Assembly: GCA_002269645.1 (NCBI GenBank)
Contig: NIVC01000034.1
Location: 62,001-126,000, forward strand
Length of the DNA: 64,000 nt
Reading direction: 5' to 3'
Origin: Macrostomum lignano
Lineage: Eukaryota
A program made the translations under genes and the position numbers. Positions 30,967-46,010 of the stretch are shown in pieces. The stretch's first letter is position 1. Every line of letters begins with the position of its first letter. The notes under the pieces were generated by a model that was given only the letters and a program-made list of their open reading frames with translations, made no database searches and was not told the origin of the DNA.

Positions 30967-31270
30967 GGGGTTGCAGCCTAGTGGTCAGAGCGTCGGACTC
31001 ACGACTCGAAGGTCGGGGGTTCGATTCCCGACCCACTCGGAACAATTTATTTCCTTGAGCAAGACACTTAACTCTGCATTGCTTCAGTTCACCCAGCTGT
31101 AAAATGGGTGCCAGCATTAGCTGGGGTAATTGAGGGTGGGTTGATGACACCCCCCAGTCCTTGGACTGAACAGTCGTACGCGTACGCAGCCTTCAGATGC
31201 ACCGCGCAATAGCCCATTAATACGCTCGTAGGGCAGGTGTACGCTCTTAATCAATGGCTTTTATTATTAT
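30967..31270 (+). mobile_element. tRNA-derived SINE with a conserved central core
   Basis: tRNA-like head with A box tagtggtcagagcg and B box ggttcgattcc, then ccttgagcaagacacttaac...cacccagctgtaaaatgggt (resembles V/Meta-type SINE cores) and a (tta)n tail. Confidence 0.75.
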
Positions 31271-32345
31271 CAAGATTTACCAAGTTTACTCTCTCTGCTT
31301 TTTACGTACACAGTGTACTTGGGATTTGAAATCCTTCAACTTATTCTGGGCTTTTCGTTGAAGCTTGAAAAGAACAGTGTTAATTACTTGTAGAAATGAA
31401 CGGAAGGCTCAGATAAGAAGACTGCTTACCAACTTAAACACTTGGGAGTCAAATCCGTCGCAATGAACTGAATGGCACCTGGTTTATCGGCTGAGACATT
31501 GGACTAAGAATTTTCCCAAAACGTCGATAATTTTATAGACGGGGAAGAAAAAAATACGAAAATGAGTTCCGGAAAAAACATTAGTGACAAAGGATTGCAG
31601 GCCCACAAAGCTGAATTAATCTCATTGTCTGATTGTTTGCTAACGGTTGGCAATCGGTAATTAAATTAAACCTCTTTCGTGCTGGCGTGAACATACGAGT
31701 AATGCTCCCAAAAGTTCCCATGGCTTTGGGGCTGAAAAATCCAGCATTTTTTTTAGTCCCAAAACTGTTCAGCTATGCAAACGTCATATTTTTTGTTTAA
31801 ATCGACTTTTAATTTATTGCTTCTTTCTGTCGTTATCACGAAATCAACTATAAATTGAACACAAAAGACATTTCCTATTTGTACAGGAAAAAAATTCAAT
31901 CAAAACGGGGAAATTAGAGAATTGGCGGACACAAATAAAATTAACTGAATCGAGGCACATTGTGTAGAAAATAAATCTTATTAATTTGGCAATCTATAAT
32001 TACAAAAATATGTCATCAATTATTCAGGCTCATACTCTTGGAATAAAAACTTGGCTATACATATGGCTCGAATTATCGATAGAAAGATAACAGAAATAGT
32101 CAATCAGATTGCTAGAACAATTGCTAGTAAAACAGAAGAGAAGCACAGGTTTATGTCATGGTACATGTGCCCTACTTTTGCACTGAGAGATTTAAAATTC
32201 TTAACACAGCGCGAAAGAAAGTGCACTGAACTTGCGTTACTTTTCAATATATCTATTGTTCTAATGATCTCAATAAGATCATTTTGCACAACTTTATAGC
32301 GGCAACTCTCTTTTTCATATTAACTTTAACATCGTTAAAAACAGA

Positions 32346-32744
32346 CAATGGAAACAAAAGTTATGAACAAAAATATAGCAGGATTTCGACCATAGACTTC
32401 AGTAAGTCAACAGAATCTTAGCCGCATTGTGCCCTGTCCTCCGAAAGGTGTAAATCATACTCCTCTGAGCAACAATTGAATGCCCATCCATAATTTTTGG
32501 CGCAGCAAAAGGAGGGAACAAAAAGCAATCAAGCTGACGTTCACTGGGAAATATTCTGCTGCTCTAAAAGTTTTATGGTTCTCCGGGTTTTCCCATAGAT
32601 GTCTCTTTATCACAACAGCCCAATAAAGAACTCTGAGTGCATTCAATCAAAAGTACTTTCGCTACTTTCCGCTAGAGTGTTGACTTACTGTAAACTATGG
32701 CCGAGTTCGTGCTAGATTTTTGCTCGTAACTTTTGTTTCCATTG
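32346..32744. mobile_element. MITE-like element with about 67-bp imperfect inverted repeats
   Basis: 32346-32412 caatggaaacaaaagtta...cagtaagtcaaca versus 32678-32744 tgttgacttactg...taacttttgtttccattg. Confidence 0.65.
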
Positions 32745-33186
32745 TTAAGGCAATGTCAATGTCATTCAAGCAATGACCGCTCATTGTTTTAAATTGATAA
32801 TAAATTAAAGCAATATACCCTGGGATATCATTTTAGAAAACGAACGAGTCTATGAGCGTGAAATAAAATAGTCTATGGTCGCCGGGAGTCGAGTGTCAAT
32901 TTGGCCATTAACCATGTTTTCTCACTTCCAGACAACTCCCCATCATTAATTGAATCATCAGCATGAGAGTTTTAATGAAAGATAACACTACTTTTGGGAC
33001 AGCCCTCGTAGCTTGAGATTGCCCACAAAGCTTCTTATTGTCAAACTACAATTACTGTATAAATCTTCTTACGAGCGTTTTCTACGTAAGGAAGCTCAGA
33101 ATGTCGTTGAACACCGTAGCGGGCATTCTGCATGGATCAGACAAAGCTGTACAGTTAAACAAATTGATCAGCTCACAGCGGCAAAC

Positions 33187-34595
33187 TCAAAGCACCGTGC
33201 AAGTTTTCAAATAATTCGCGGTGGAAGGCGGTCGCTGATCCTCCAGCACGTCCATCTCGCGCATCAGACGCCATTCCTCTTGCACATCGTCGCTGTGAAA
33301 CTTCAGCTTGGACTCCTCCATCAGCTGCTGGATGGAGCCGTTCCGTCCACCGAGCTCTTCTGGCAGCAAAGCCTCGGCTTCTTCTTCACCAATCAATCGG
33401 CGCAGTTTATCGAGATCTTTGCCAACTCGATGCAGCCGGTCTTTCAGCTTCTGCTTGAGCAGCGGGGCGCTTTTGATAAACGCGTAGATAACATCAAAGT
33501 ACAGCGGCTCGTTCAAGTAGATGACGGACTTCACCCTGACGGGAAACGCATCCTGCCAGTTTCTTAGCAAGCTGAACAAAGTTTTCCTGTTCTCAAACAG
33601 TTTGAGTTGCTTTTTACTAATCTGGTTCATGTCCACTATGACCGTGACTCCGCTCGTCTGGCTGTGCGGGTCTACCAGCGCTACGTCAGCTGTCATGTAG
33701 AGTGTGGTGACCAGCTGGTCGAATGGCATCAGGTCTGGGTCCCAATACTGCAGAGCCGACAGGTAGACAGCCTCGCCACTGGCTTTGTAGCCCAGGTGCA
33801 AATGAACGAAAGGCTGTTCAAGGTAGCGAAGCACTCGCTCGTCATCCAATGCCGGATAGTCGAACCAGTGAGGCGAGCCGCGACTTGACTTGCGGATTGT
33901 CACATAGTTGTCCAGCATCATCTGCGCTCGCTCCAGGTCCATCTTTGCCACGCGAAGGAAGCGCAGAAGGAAGTCGTCGTCTTGAGAGAAAATTAAGGAA
34001 TATCAGTCAATCAGAGAAACTCCGTATTTACTATGAACTGGAGCCAAAGCTACTGCAATGATGTGCCAAAGCTACTGCAATGAGGTGCCAAAGCTACTGC
34101 AATGAGGTGCCAAAGCTACTGCAATGAGGTGCCAAAGCTACTGCAATGAGGTGCCAAAGCTACTGCAATGAGGTGCCAAAGCTACTGCAATGAGGCGCCA
34201 AAGCTACTGCAATGAGGTGCCAAAGCTACTGCAATGAGGTGCCAAAGCTACTGCAATGAGGCGCCAAAGCTACTGCAATGAGGTGCCAAAGCTACTGCAA
34301 TGAGGCGCCAAAGCTACTGCAATGAGGCGCCAAAGCTACTGCAATGAGAGGCCAAACGCTAAACGATGAAATGACAATGGGGCGCCAAAGCGAACCGAAT
34401 CCAATTATTAAAGTACGATAACTAGAAGATCATCTCACCATCGCGGCAGATGAGATGCGGCATGCTATCCAGCCACATTCGCAGACTGGCAATACTCTCC
34501 CTGTAGCGCTGGACATCATCCTGATGATGATCTTCGCGGGCAGCAGAGGACGCGCCGTCAGCGTGTAGCTCCGACGTCGGACACCTCTCCGCCAT
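33187..34595 (-). CDS. CRAL-TRIO lipid-binding protein (alpha-tocopherol transfer protein/clavesin-like), complement(join(33187..33980,34439..34595))
   Basis: LRMWLDSMPHL...DDDFLLRFLRVAKMDLERA, GVTVIVDM, WQDAFPVRVKSVIYLNEP, LPEELGG; 951 nt in frame. Confidence 0.9.
34047..34350. repeat. 22-bp minisatellite (gccaaagctactgcaatgaggt) in the CRAL-TRIO intron
   Basis: About 14 near-identical units. Confidence 0.92.
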
Positions 34596-36528
34596 TAAAA
34601 AGTCGATCTCGAGTTCAATAAAGTTTTCAGAAATTTTTTTCCAACCTTAATTCGTAACCTTACTTATCACAGGTTTTGCAACATTTATCACACGACTAGA
34701 CTTTGATTCAACTGGTTGTTAACTCAACTTAATCACCTTTTTTTTCAGACAGCTTGTTCTGTTTTAAATAAACCAACTGCTTTTCTAGTTTCCAGTTTGT
34801 TAGATAAACGAAGACAGTCTTGACTGCCCCTAAATGTAGGTTTTCTTGTGCGTGCTACAGTCCCAGACCTGTGTGAGGTATGAAAAGTTCTACACTCAAC
34901 GTGTACAGCTGTGCAGAGCGAGACCTGTGTGCAGTGAGTGTGCATTGAACGGCTGTAAGGACAAGCAACCAACCCTAGCTGTGTAGATTGTGCAAAACCC
35001 CTCTCGCTTGTATTAACAGTGCAACTCGTGCACACGCTTTACTGGCATGCGTGCGTCCTCTTATTGAACTTTAATGTTAACAAAACTCGTTCTGCATTTA
35101 GTGCATTCTAGCTTGATTTCTGTCATTGGAGAGAGGATATAATTTTGTTCTTTCTAAAATAGCTTAATGGATTTAAGAACTGTTCGATATGGTTTGAAAA
35201 ATTACATGGAAACTGTTAGTTTGTCATTGGCTAAAACATCGATGTGGTTGCTGCCGTCTGCTTCTATAGTCAATCTCTTACATGTCTACTATCAGTGATT
35301 CAATATTGGCGTGTGTCACTAATGGAAACGTTTCGGATAGCTCCATAAACTTTAAATAAACTTATAGACAAAAAGGCGACGCTCAGAAGTACAACGTGTA
35401 CGCGAAAAAAAACTTTGTGTCAAACCTGATCAATCTGTAGAAATTGGTTTCTAGGCAGCCAAACTTGCAAATACTTGTAGACGATATTTGTAGTTGCGGT
35501 AGAGACAATTACAGCTATTCAATGCATCGATATTATTGATCGTACATCTCGTTTAATACAGCCAGCTTAATAACTTGCCTGACTCACCTCTGAAGCATTC
35601 CACCTGCCAAAGCTTAAATTCTCTTTCGCCATACTCGTTTAGTAGCTAAGTTGAATTTTTGTCAATAAATTTCTGACATTCCTTGAGGGCGAAGCGGATG
35701 CAGTAATTTACATTTTTGAAGTACTCTGCGTTGACAATCAAGTGAGCCAGAATTCCAGTCAATTATGAATTTCGCGGGGTCCCAGCTGTTACATACTAAA
35801 AAAAATTTTCAAGCAAGCCTTCTACGAGTACAACATACTTCAACAGTAGAACTACGATGAAGGCGGTAAATTCCCCCCCCCCCTGACAATATTTTTGCTG
35901 CGCCGGAATGGAGCAACGCAGGCACACGAAATTCAAGAACGCGGGCTAACTTTTTTGTTGCGCACTTTCTTAAACAAGAATCAAGTGGCCAGCCCTCCGG
36001 ACCGTCGAGATATTCGACGATTATGCCAGAAGGTCGGATTTTTCCCATAAGCGCCAGTGTATTCAGTGCATCCCTGTGCGCCAATTAGCACTGCGCCTCA
36101 GTGCAGCCTTGCCGATACTCCAAATTTCATCAGCACGTCAATCACATGTGTCTGCATCAGCTCTGACTTCGTTGGTCACTGGCCTTCACCCAGGCGGAGC
36201 TTCTGGACCTTCAACAGGTGGCACCAGGTGACTATGGACAACCTGATGCCACTCTCTCTAGTTTTGCTGGTCAAGCCTCGACAGTGGGCAAACCTCAACT
36301 CCCGGACATCCTCAGCTAGTCTCTCAAGCATTCAGTCATATTCAGCCGTATTCAGTCAAAGAATACTTCAATAATTTCATTCAAAAGTTTATTAATTTTA
36401 GGTTTTCGTTAATCATAATCCAAATGAAAGCACAAAAATAGAGCTCAGTAATTGATACCTAAAACTACATGCGAGCTTAAGAGAAAGAGAGCTTAAGCAA
36501 CAGATAGCAGATCCAGATTCTACTAGAT

Positions 36529-37176
<648 letters not shown>

Positions 37177-37480
37177 TATTAGATAGTACAGAGCAAAATC
37201 CGTAGTATTCTAAAATACATTGAATTAATTATTAAGCGGAATAAATAGAAAGCATTAAACTGGAGCAATGAGCCGTGATACTGATAGTAGTAAAATTATA
37301 AAATCATATTAACATATACTAAATGATATTTTAATACCTAGTGTCATGAACCTTAAATGACAGTTAATTATTTATCCTTCATTTTAATTTTTGCTACTAT
37401 ACTACACTATTTCCTCTTAAAAGTCAATTTTATAGAAATTTCGAAAGAATCAACAAGAAAGCAAAAACATTTTTATTCTT

Positions 37481-40400
37481 TCAAAACTTTAGTAGCAAAT
37501 TCTGCAGCTCTTCGGTGCTCTTCTTCAAGTTTTCAATCTTCTCCTCAACTTCAGCCTTCAACTGCTTCTTGGTCTCCTCGTCAATATCATCGTCATCGAC
37601 GCAGTCCCAGATGTCCTCAGCCATCTGGTTCAGCATGAACGTGATTATGGCTTTGGGAATGCTATTGGCCAGTCTGTTCTCCACGAACCTGATGTAACTG
37701 CGGCACTCTCTGCGCAGAGTTTTCTGCAGAAAATCCGCAGGATCATCGGTAATTGCTTTTAACAACTGCTTGCCCTTATCAAACGCAGGCTTCACAAAAG
37801 GCTTCATAGCTGGAGAAGCGAAAAACTCGGCACCTTCCCGGACTACTGACTCCACGAGTCCCGTCTCTTCTTGTTCTTCCTGTTCCCCTCCTTGAGCTCT
37901 GCGGTTAATAATTGTAACAAAACGTTACGGATTAAAGTAAAAGAAGATGATTAATAATAATGTTATTCAAATATGCAGGAGGGTTGTGATACCCCGAGGT
38001 AAACGCTTGTGGCGACATCGGCCACAACCAACGCCTGAGGCAATTCTGCCCATTCCGTTGACCCCTGAGCACAGACAAGCGGGTCAATAGGGCACGCAGG
38101 CATGCCCTCATACACACGCTCACACAGGGTGCTACAGGGTGCCCCTTGACTGTCAGGTGGTATGTACACTCTCCGTGTAGAGTGTTCTACTTCCCACAAA
38201 AAAATCATAAAAATTGTTAAATGTTGTCTATTCATAGAATGCTACTATAAGTAGACTAATGCAAACATGCGCAGCAAAACTTAAACCGTGAGTCAAGTTG
38301 CTATTTTAACGGAAACTATGAAAAATGTTACTATGTATAACGAACAATGAATCACCTTACCATTTATAACGCAAAAAATAATCATGTCGTCGAGGTATTT
38401 CCTTCAGACCAAGTCAACCGAGACTCGGCTGAGTTCTTGCGGTAAGCCTAACTCATTTGCGCCAGGTCTTAGAGTCGACTCGATATTATTGTTGTGCTTG
38501 AATCTATTTGAGACTCCATTAGTTGTAGCTTCCAGAAGGACTACCCTGATGGCCATTAGAAGACTATCAGTGATTACCGGAGCTATACCTAGAGTGCATT
38601 GAGTCACTGCTACAAGGAGAAGGCTTATTTGAAACCGCAGCGCGGCGCAGGGATCCCCATTGTTGATTCAAAGCTTCTGATTGGTCCGAACTACAGATAC
38701 CGGCCGGAAACGACTTCGTTGAAAGTAAAAAGGAACTTGGACCAGAACAACTAAATCAAGACGTCTAAATTGATTGAGATCGAGAACGCACCGAAAGAGC
38801 TCTACTGATCAAGACTCAAGGTAATAGATACCTTCATTTGATTTCTGGGTTGCTTAGCAGTAGCTAGAAGTGATTGTTCCTTGATTACTAAGAAAGTCTT
38901 GGTAGTAAGGAACACATCATCCGTGTCTTAGTCCCCTGATTGTTGTGAATCCTACGACAACCCACAGGCCAATACACACAAGACTCAAATGAAAAACCGA
39001 TCCAGATGCTTTTACCACTGATCTGCTCTGCCCCTCCATATGTAAAACCTCTTATATATCCACGTAGCTATAAGCTAGAGACTTACCCTTCCTGCTGTTT
39101 TTGAGCTTCGTCTCTGGGGCTCTTGTACTCGTAAACGATCGTCTCCATGCTGACAATCATTTCAATCTTTTTAGACACGTCTCGCCTAAGATTGGGAAGA
39201 TACTCCCTGACCTTGTCGTTAACAAAATTTTCTAACGGTTCGCGATTCTTCAGCTGCTCTTTGACGATGTCTTGAATATGGCTCTGGATGACGCATTCAA
39301 TCTCTCCGATCAGTTGATCAATTATTGGTTTAACAGCATCAATGATGTGCTTCTTGACGATTCGAATTTTAACTGGAAAATAGTTTGGAAGTTTAGTGGT
39401 TTCCCGGCCGAGTTGGTCTTCGCATTCATCCTTGACGATTTTCTTCACTGAAATTTAATAAGTATGGGGACGGATGTTTGCTTATTACAAATAGTATTAA
39501 GAATAGAAAGATTATTAGAGAGGTTTCAGCAGAATGTCTGGCAACATTAGTTAAGTTAGCTTTGTGCATTCACTTCAACAAACTTCAACAAAATTTTTGT
39601 TCACGAGCCTCAATTTTAGTGGCCACGACGAACACAATTGAAGCAGGGCTTCTGTAAAATTATGGTTTCGATATGGCTGCCATGAGGAAACTGCAATGAG
39701 CTTGATCAAAAGCTCCATCCATACAGCGATATGATCATTGTTCAACTCAATAACTTACGGTCATTTATGACGCTTTCAGCAACTTTATTGATCTTCTCGC
39801 CAAAGTTTTGCCACTGCCTTCGGCATGCAGAGTAGAGCTCATTCTTCTCAGATCGATGCGATCCAGTCAGCTGCTCTTCAATCTCCTTGTTCACGTTGCG
39901 AATGAAGCGCTTGAACTCGCGCCCTGCATACTCTTGTTCGGCTGTCAGCTTTTTCAACTCGGTGTCTTCAGCTGTCCACAGTTTCTGAAAAGTAATACAA
40001 GTGTCTTACCCAGTCACTAATTTTACACTTTGGGATCGGCTCTCTATCTTTTGAAACTTCACAATTGCATCATCTCTTCTCTCATCTCTTATCTCCTCCT
40101 TTTTCTTCCATTCCCTCTTCTTTCGTCTCTCACCTGGTCATCCATGAACTATATTCTTTATCTGGCCCTTGAGGTAAAAAAGTTTTCCAATCTCTGTTTT
40201 GTTCGGTAACAGAAAAAGCCTCACCAAAACTCTCGAATGAATTTCTTCTTTTCGTGGCTCCAAAATTCGGAACATATGCTCAGCCAGATAACTTATGAGG
40301 GCATCGACACCGAGGTTGAACTGCGGTTGGCTTCTCCAGAACAGCTGCTCATTGAAGAACTTCTTCTCCTTCTCTGAAGAATATGCGCTGTTCTCAGAGT

Positions 40401-42245
40401 AGCAGTTAACGGCGAAAGCGTGTCTCTCGTTGAGCATATCGGTCACCATCTTCTGCTTGTTGTCTGTTAGATTGTCGCAGTGAGTCAGCACGAAAACGGT
40501 CCGCTTAAACTCGGGGTCCAGCCGGCTTGCAAAGCCAAAACCACGAGAAGCCTCGATGTCGTTGATGGCCTTCAGAACGACAACCATCACCACGTTCGGG
40601 TTGTCCAACTTCTCTCTCAGGGCCGTCATGTTTTCATCATTTTCGTTCATGTCACTGTGATGCAGTTATATTTCAGGGAAACTCAAATTGAAGATATTAG
40701 GCGAATTCATCAATAGGTACTACAATCTAACGAAAATCGTAGTAATATCAGGAATTCCTAACTATAGCAACTACGGTCTAATTGGTAAATAAAAAGAGGA
40801 CGTCGCCTTAAGGATTTAAATAAAACCCGAAGTAAAACTGCGGGCCAACCTGACCGCCATTGATATTTTACTTGTTACCCCAATCAACTAGAATCGTCGA
40901 GACATCACGTTCAGGTAAAACCAAAAGTTTGTGTAGAATCCTAGGATCATTTTAAATCGGACGGAATAGCAATGATTACTTTACATTTTCCTGTTTCATG
41001 TTCATGTCCTTTGTAGTTATCAGAAAATAGTCAGAGAAATCCCATCGCTGTCTAATCTCCAATGATTTGAACTTTGACCATTGTTGGTTTGTATGCGTCC
41101 AGTTACTTCTTTCTGTGTCTACGTGTATATGCCTTCCATGTAACAACTAAGTGATACGAGCTAACCGACGTTCAGCCGTCTTTGTACACAGTTTCTCCGG
41201 TTGGGTCGGAAACTTAGGAATGTTGCTCAAGATTTCAATGCCTAACCTGACGATTCCCTTTACCAATACAACTTTTGCTGCTGTGAATCTCAAGCCAACA
41301 GAATTCATGGGCCCTAATCAAAGATTAGCAGACTTTTGAATTACTTCGGGCGACTCCGAATTTCTATCACAGATCGGGGCGCTTAATATTACTAACTATT
41401 GAGTCAATTCTACTTGACTCTGCTTCAACCCAATGGGCTGATGACCGTTCACAAAGACATGCGGATTATAATTCAACCACTAAGTTTTCTTAGCTGTCTA
41501 TTTTGTCTCTATCAGCAGCAGACGCTTTCATCGCTACATTCTACTGTTAATCAAAAAGGTCAATACCTCTTGAATCCAGGAGCGTCCATCACGGTCAGGT
41601 TCGGACGGGCTGGCCCGCTGATCTTGATGTCGATGACCGCTCTCATTGACACCTGCTGGTCAGGAAAGTGTTCGTCCATGATCTTCTTCAAAGTTGTCGA
41701 AAAGTCCGCTTGGTCGTGCACGTCGGTTGAAGTGCCATCGAATCTGGATTAGTGCGGCACGAGCATGCTTAAATTTCTGTGAATTCTTTCACAAAATTTT
41801 GCATTTTTCGGCTCAGCAAAGAAGCAAGAAATACAATATTTAATCTCTTACTCAATTGTGGCTTGCACCTCAGGCTTTTTTCGAATACGCAGCCTAACCA
41901 GACATTTCGTACAAGTCCGATCACCCTTTGGAAGCTTCACTCCCGCAATCGCCTCGAGGACGGTCGACTTTCCCTCGGATTGGTCGCCGAGCACTACAAT
42001 CTCCGGCAGGTCGATCTCGCTGCCCAGCTTCAGCTTGTCGATGGCATCGAGCAGCAGGACGTACTGTTCGTCGACGCTTTTGAAACTGAACTTGTGCAAA
42101 TTCTGGGGTGGATCTGGGCCTTTAAGGCCACCGCGAGTTGGCGGTGTCTGCTGTTGCTGCTCCTGTTGCTGCTGCTGCTGTCCCTGGCTCTGAGAAGACC
42201 TGCGTCGCGGAAGCAGATCATCCACATCGAGCAAACCTGAATTTC
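37481..42245 (-). CDS. Mx/dynamin-like large GTPase, paralog 1: exons 41852..42245, 41567..41743, 40225..40654, 39759..39984, 39087..39447, 37481..37898; first exon not located
   Basis: LPEIVVLGDQSEGKSTVLEAI (G1), PNLTVMDAPG (G3), VLTHCD (G4), GED-like CRSYIRFVENRLANSIPKAI; all introns GT-AG and in phase. Confidence 0.85.
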
Positions 42246-42766
42246 CTACAGAATTCATTCTGACAACAGCTGAAAATTGCAATGTCTGCCGGAAAATTAC
42301 ATTCAGCTCTTTTACTATTACTATTACTTTTACTATTATTTTGATGCAGTAGTTTTCGGTTTCAACTAGGCTTTAGATAAACTCGGGTTTAAATAAGCGA
42401 ACGTCTGCAGTAATGTCTGCCCGAGGCTATAAATAAGTACTTACTCATGACAGCATGGAAAATTCAATTGTAATCTGACCCTAAAATAAAACGGTACTTA
42501 CTTGTCTACTCAGTATTTTCTTTACTAGCCGCGCAGATGTGCAAACTCATAGCCATTTTCAATAGACTGAATATCTCTAGATCTACGAACTTGCCTGTCT
42601 AAGAAAGAGTCTGCAGCTGCACTTTGTGTAATTGTTTAAATGTAGAACTTCGCTTTAGCGAGTACTTACAGAGCGGAAGAGTTCAACGGAAATGTGGGAC
42701 TTGTGCACAAAAAAGGTAATTTGTCAGTTCTTAGGTGGAAAATACAGAGTCTCAGAGACACACTTA

Positions 42767-42848
42767 CAGGGACTACTAAATACTAAGTTCGAACAAAAAC
42801 TGAGTATGGACGTTAGCGTATCCCGTCCCGAGTATTTAGTAGTCCCTG
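42767..42848. mobile_element. 82-bp minimal hAT-type element
   Basis: Perfect 18-bp TIR cagggactactaaatact / agtatttagtagtccctg; flanks cacactta / cacattta (7 of 8 TSD). Confidence 0.72.
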
Positions 42849-45800
42849 CACATTTAGTGGCATTTTTTCTTTCTCTTGTAAATTAAGCAAGCAAGCATTT
42901 AAGCCGTCTAAATGATGAAAATTGCGCAAGGTCTGATCGAGCCTCAAAAACACGTCAATATTAGCGGCTACCAGCATTGATAAGCACTTCAATTGGCACT
43001 GGTTATTGTCAGTCGGTGCTGGCGCCCCTCGCTGTCACCGACCTCCCCTCCAAATCAGCAATCCTATCTACTCCCCTGGCTCTTATTGACAACTAGACGA
43101 TAGACTGGCACTTAATGAGCTATATGATTACTAAGTCAGTTCTTTTTTTCCTTTCAGCTACTCACACCACAAGTTTCTAGTGGGACTATTGCACACCGCT
43201 GTTAGGGAAGCGGGGCAGCATTACCTGTGCAATGATAGATTGTTTTTTATGCACCTGCATGAGTTTACTAATGGCCGAAATTCCAGCGCGCGAACTTTCT
43301 GACCACTGCTCAACAAAGTTACATGCACTACTAATCAACTGCAATGTACATGTACATATCATTACATGTATTTTACACATTGAATAATTTCATAAACGTG
43401 GGTAGGCAGTCATCGAGCAAATGTACATTTAGGATCAACTGACGATTAATAACCAAATAACCAAAATTAATTGCTATTGTGTCTTGAAAGTATTTATGCA
43501 ATTTCATAAAAATCTTGGTAATAAGAACCACTAAAAGTTATTGTTGTATCAGGGCGTAACTTTCGGAAATATTGCGTAACTTCATCCTAATGAGTAAATC
43601 AGTAAATGAGATTCCTTTGTCAGCAGAAAATACGTTTCCACGACTGTCAGAAAGTTTGTTGAAGATTTGTGTTTCTGAGACCGGAGCTATCTCGTGCTGC
43701 CGGATTTCCCGAGAAGCTGAAAAATATAGGTTAGTTTCTTCTGTATTGTATAAGAGTTAGAAATCCGAATTTTTGACCCTAAGTTAAAAGATAAGTAGAA
43801 ATTTATGAAATGCCCAGGCGCTGTGAAGGGCGAGGCAGAAGAGCACAATGGAACCCTTAGATAGCTACTAGAAGGGCAAACAGAAGCAGCTTTAAGATAA
43901 TTAATCAACTGTCAAGTCAATTTGAATGGCCGAATCTAATAAAGCCCCCTTTCCATTCCAGTCAGGTAGCGACACCCCGCCGCAGGCACAATGGCGCCAA
44001 AACCGGCTGGGAGAAGCAAACCGAGCAGCGGCCCGACTAGAGAACAACGAAGCTAAAAAGGCGATCGGCACGCGGCACGCGGCAGATTCTGGCGCACCCT
44101 GAGGGAGAAAACGTGCGGCCCGCCTACAGACCCCTATTCAACCTGAAGCTGCCCAAGAAGGCGAGATCAACCTCAAGTAGCTTGACAACCGAGAGAGAGA
44201 GAAGACTGTTTAATCATCCATGGACAGAGTTAAGAGACGGAAAACGAAGCTCTTTTTCTATAATCTTTCTATCTCAAATTTTATCCAACTCAACACATAG
44301 ATTTGCGAAACCCCGAATAATCTCTAACCCTCACACTTAGCAACCTACTAGAACTAACTAACTTCGTGTACAACAAGGGGACTGAGTCCCAGATTGTTAT
44401 TGCTTAAAACCCCGCGCCGTTGCTAACCACGCGAAGACACCCCACCGGCGGCGGGGGAGGTCAAAAATGCCAATCTGTATAAAGTAGACGCCCATCTCAA
44501 ACTGGAGCGGCGCTTCTTTCTCGCGAGGTTTCAGATCTCAATTCGCTCCATTTGTGTTGGTCTCCGGACTATCCAGTTGGCTCAAATTCAAGCCTTAAAC
44601 CCAATGTTTTGCCTTAAAGTTACGCAGAGCGAAATACTCGTGAGATTCAAATTCAACCTGGATACTAGGAAATCCCGTCAGTTTATACGGTTTTCTCTGG
44701 CGGCCTGATAGAAGATATAAAGAGCTGTAAAAACCTTAGACCGCTAGACCCACAGCAAAGCAAGTGAGAACACCAACCACTTTCAAGCCCCAGAGAATAT
44801 TGCTACCAGCTGCTTTTCTGGACTGCATTATCCATCATCATGCAATCAGTAGGCCGTTCAAAATCATTAAGATCAGATACTAAAAAAATAATTCGTAGTA
44901 TAATCGGCTATAAAATCCCCCGAGCAAAGTTACGCTGAAACGTCAAGTCGAACGCGTCAATCGTGAGCAGCCGGACGGCTCACCAGCTCGGTGGCCAGGG
45001 GCGTCACCATGGATTTTATGGTGGGGAGGTAAAGCCAAGAATTTTGCATGACTAAATTTCTACATTCTTTTGGGAATTGGTATTGGTAGCGCTCATTTTG
45101 GCGCCACAGACACTCATTTTGCCGCCGAATACGATATATCTTGGCGCCCTGAAGCACAATTGTTGATTTCCATTACGGATCACAAGGTGGGACAAAGCAC
45201 TTGGCATGTCCCCCATAGATTTTACCCGAGGGCATGTCCCCCTTGGTGGACAAGCTTATAAAATCTCCAGAAATCCTAATCCAGATAATCTTGAATAGAA
45301 AAAAGCAATAGTTTTCCTGACTATTTGTCATGAGGTAGCTTTCAGGACGTAACTTTTACTACCTCGATTGTCCCATTAATTTTATCTGTATTATTCCTGA
45401 AGAAATCGACCGACAGAAAAGGGTGTCGACAGAAAAGGGTGCGAAAATCTTCCAACATAATATTTTACTGGCTGCTTGCTTAATCCTCAATCTAATGCAA
45501 GTGAACTTGGTCCCATGCAGGGGCTTCCTAGCTCCTGACTCATCGAATGACTCACCCCTTTTCACCTTCGCGCTATTGTTCAAAATCGCTTAGTCTGGCG
45601 TCCGTTTTAACTTCGTATCTTCCCAAACGATTTTAATGCTTCTGTCATGTGACCGTTGCACAACCCTGCTATTTGAGCCGCGTCCTAAGCCCCTTTCTCT
45701 AGGCAATCTAGGCAGGTGACGTCACTTGCTTCTAGGCTACGCCATTCAAGAACAGATCAAGGGCCCACTTTGATCACGTAATCATGCATGTGATTTCTTT

Positions 45801-45869
45801 ATTAGAGATAGGAGACTGAGTGTACCTTGGTGCACTTTAGGCGAAATTGTTACACAACCGGCGAGAGGC

Positions 45870-46010
45870 ATTACTGCCCATACTGCCCATGCTACCCATA
45901 CTGCCGCACATACTGCACATACTGCACATACTCGTACTGCACATACTGCCCATGCTGCCCATACTGCCCATGCTGTCCATACTGCCGATACTGCACATAC
46001 TGCCCATACA
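45870..46010. repeat. 9-bp repeat (catactgcc/catactgca)
   Basis: About 15 degenerate units. Confidence 0.8.

Noticed and set aside
30967-31040. A real tRNA gene
   Set aside because: The acceptor stem is poor and the sequence runs into a SINE core and tail, so it is called a SINE head
33013-33888. Plus-strand ORFs opposite the CRAL-TRIO exon
   Set aside because: Antisense shadows of a GC-rich coding exon with no recognisable motifs
35800-36350. Possible decayed non-LTR retrotransposon fragment
   Set aside because: Only vague motifs with stops; not supportable without a search
37261-37274. 14-nt match (tggagcaatgagcc) to the cluster A selector at 1791-1804
   Set aside because: Same orientation, 35 kb away and outside the gene, so most likely chance
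43560-43740. Candidate first exon of Mx-like paralog 1
   Set aside because: No frame gave a convincing start, phase-1 donor or similarity to exon 1 of paralog 2
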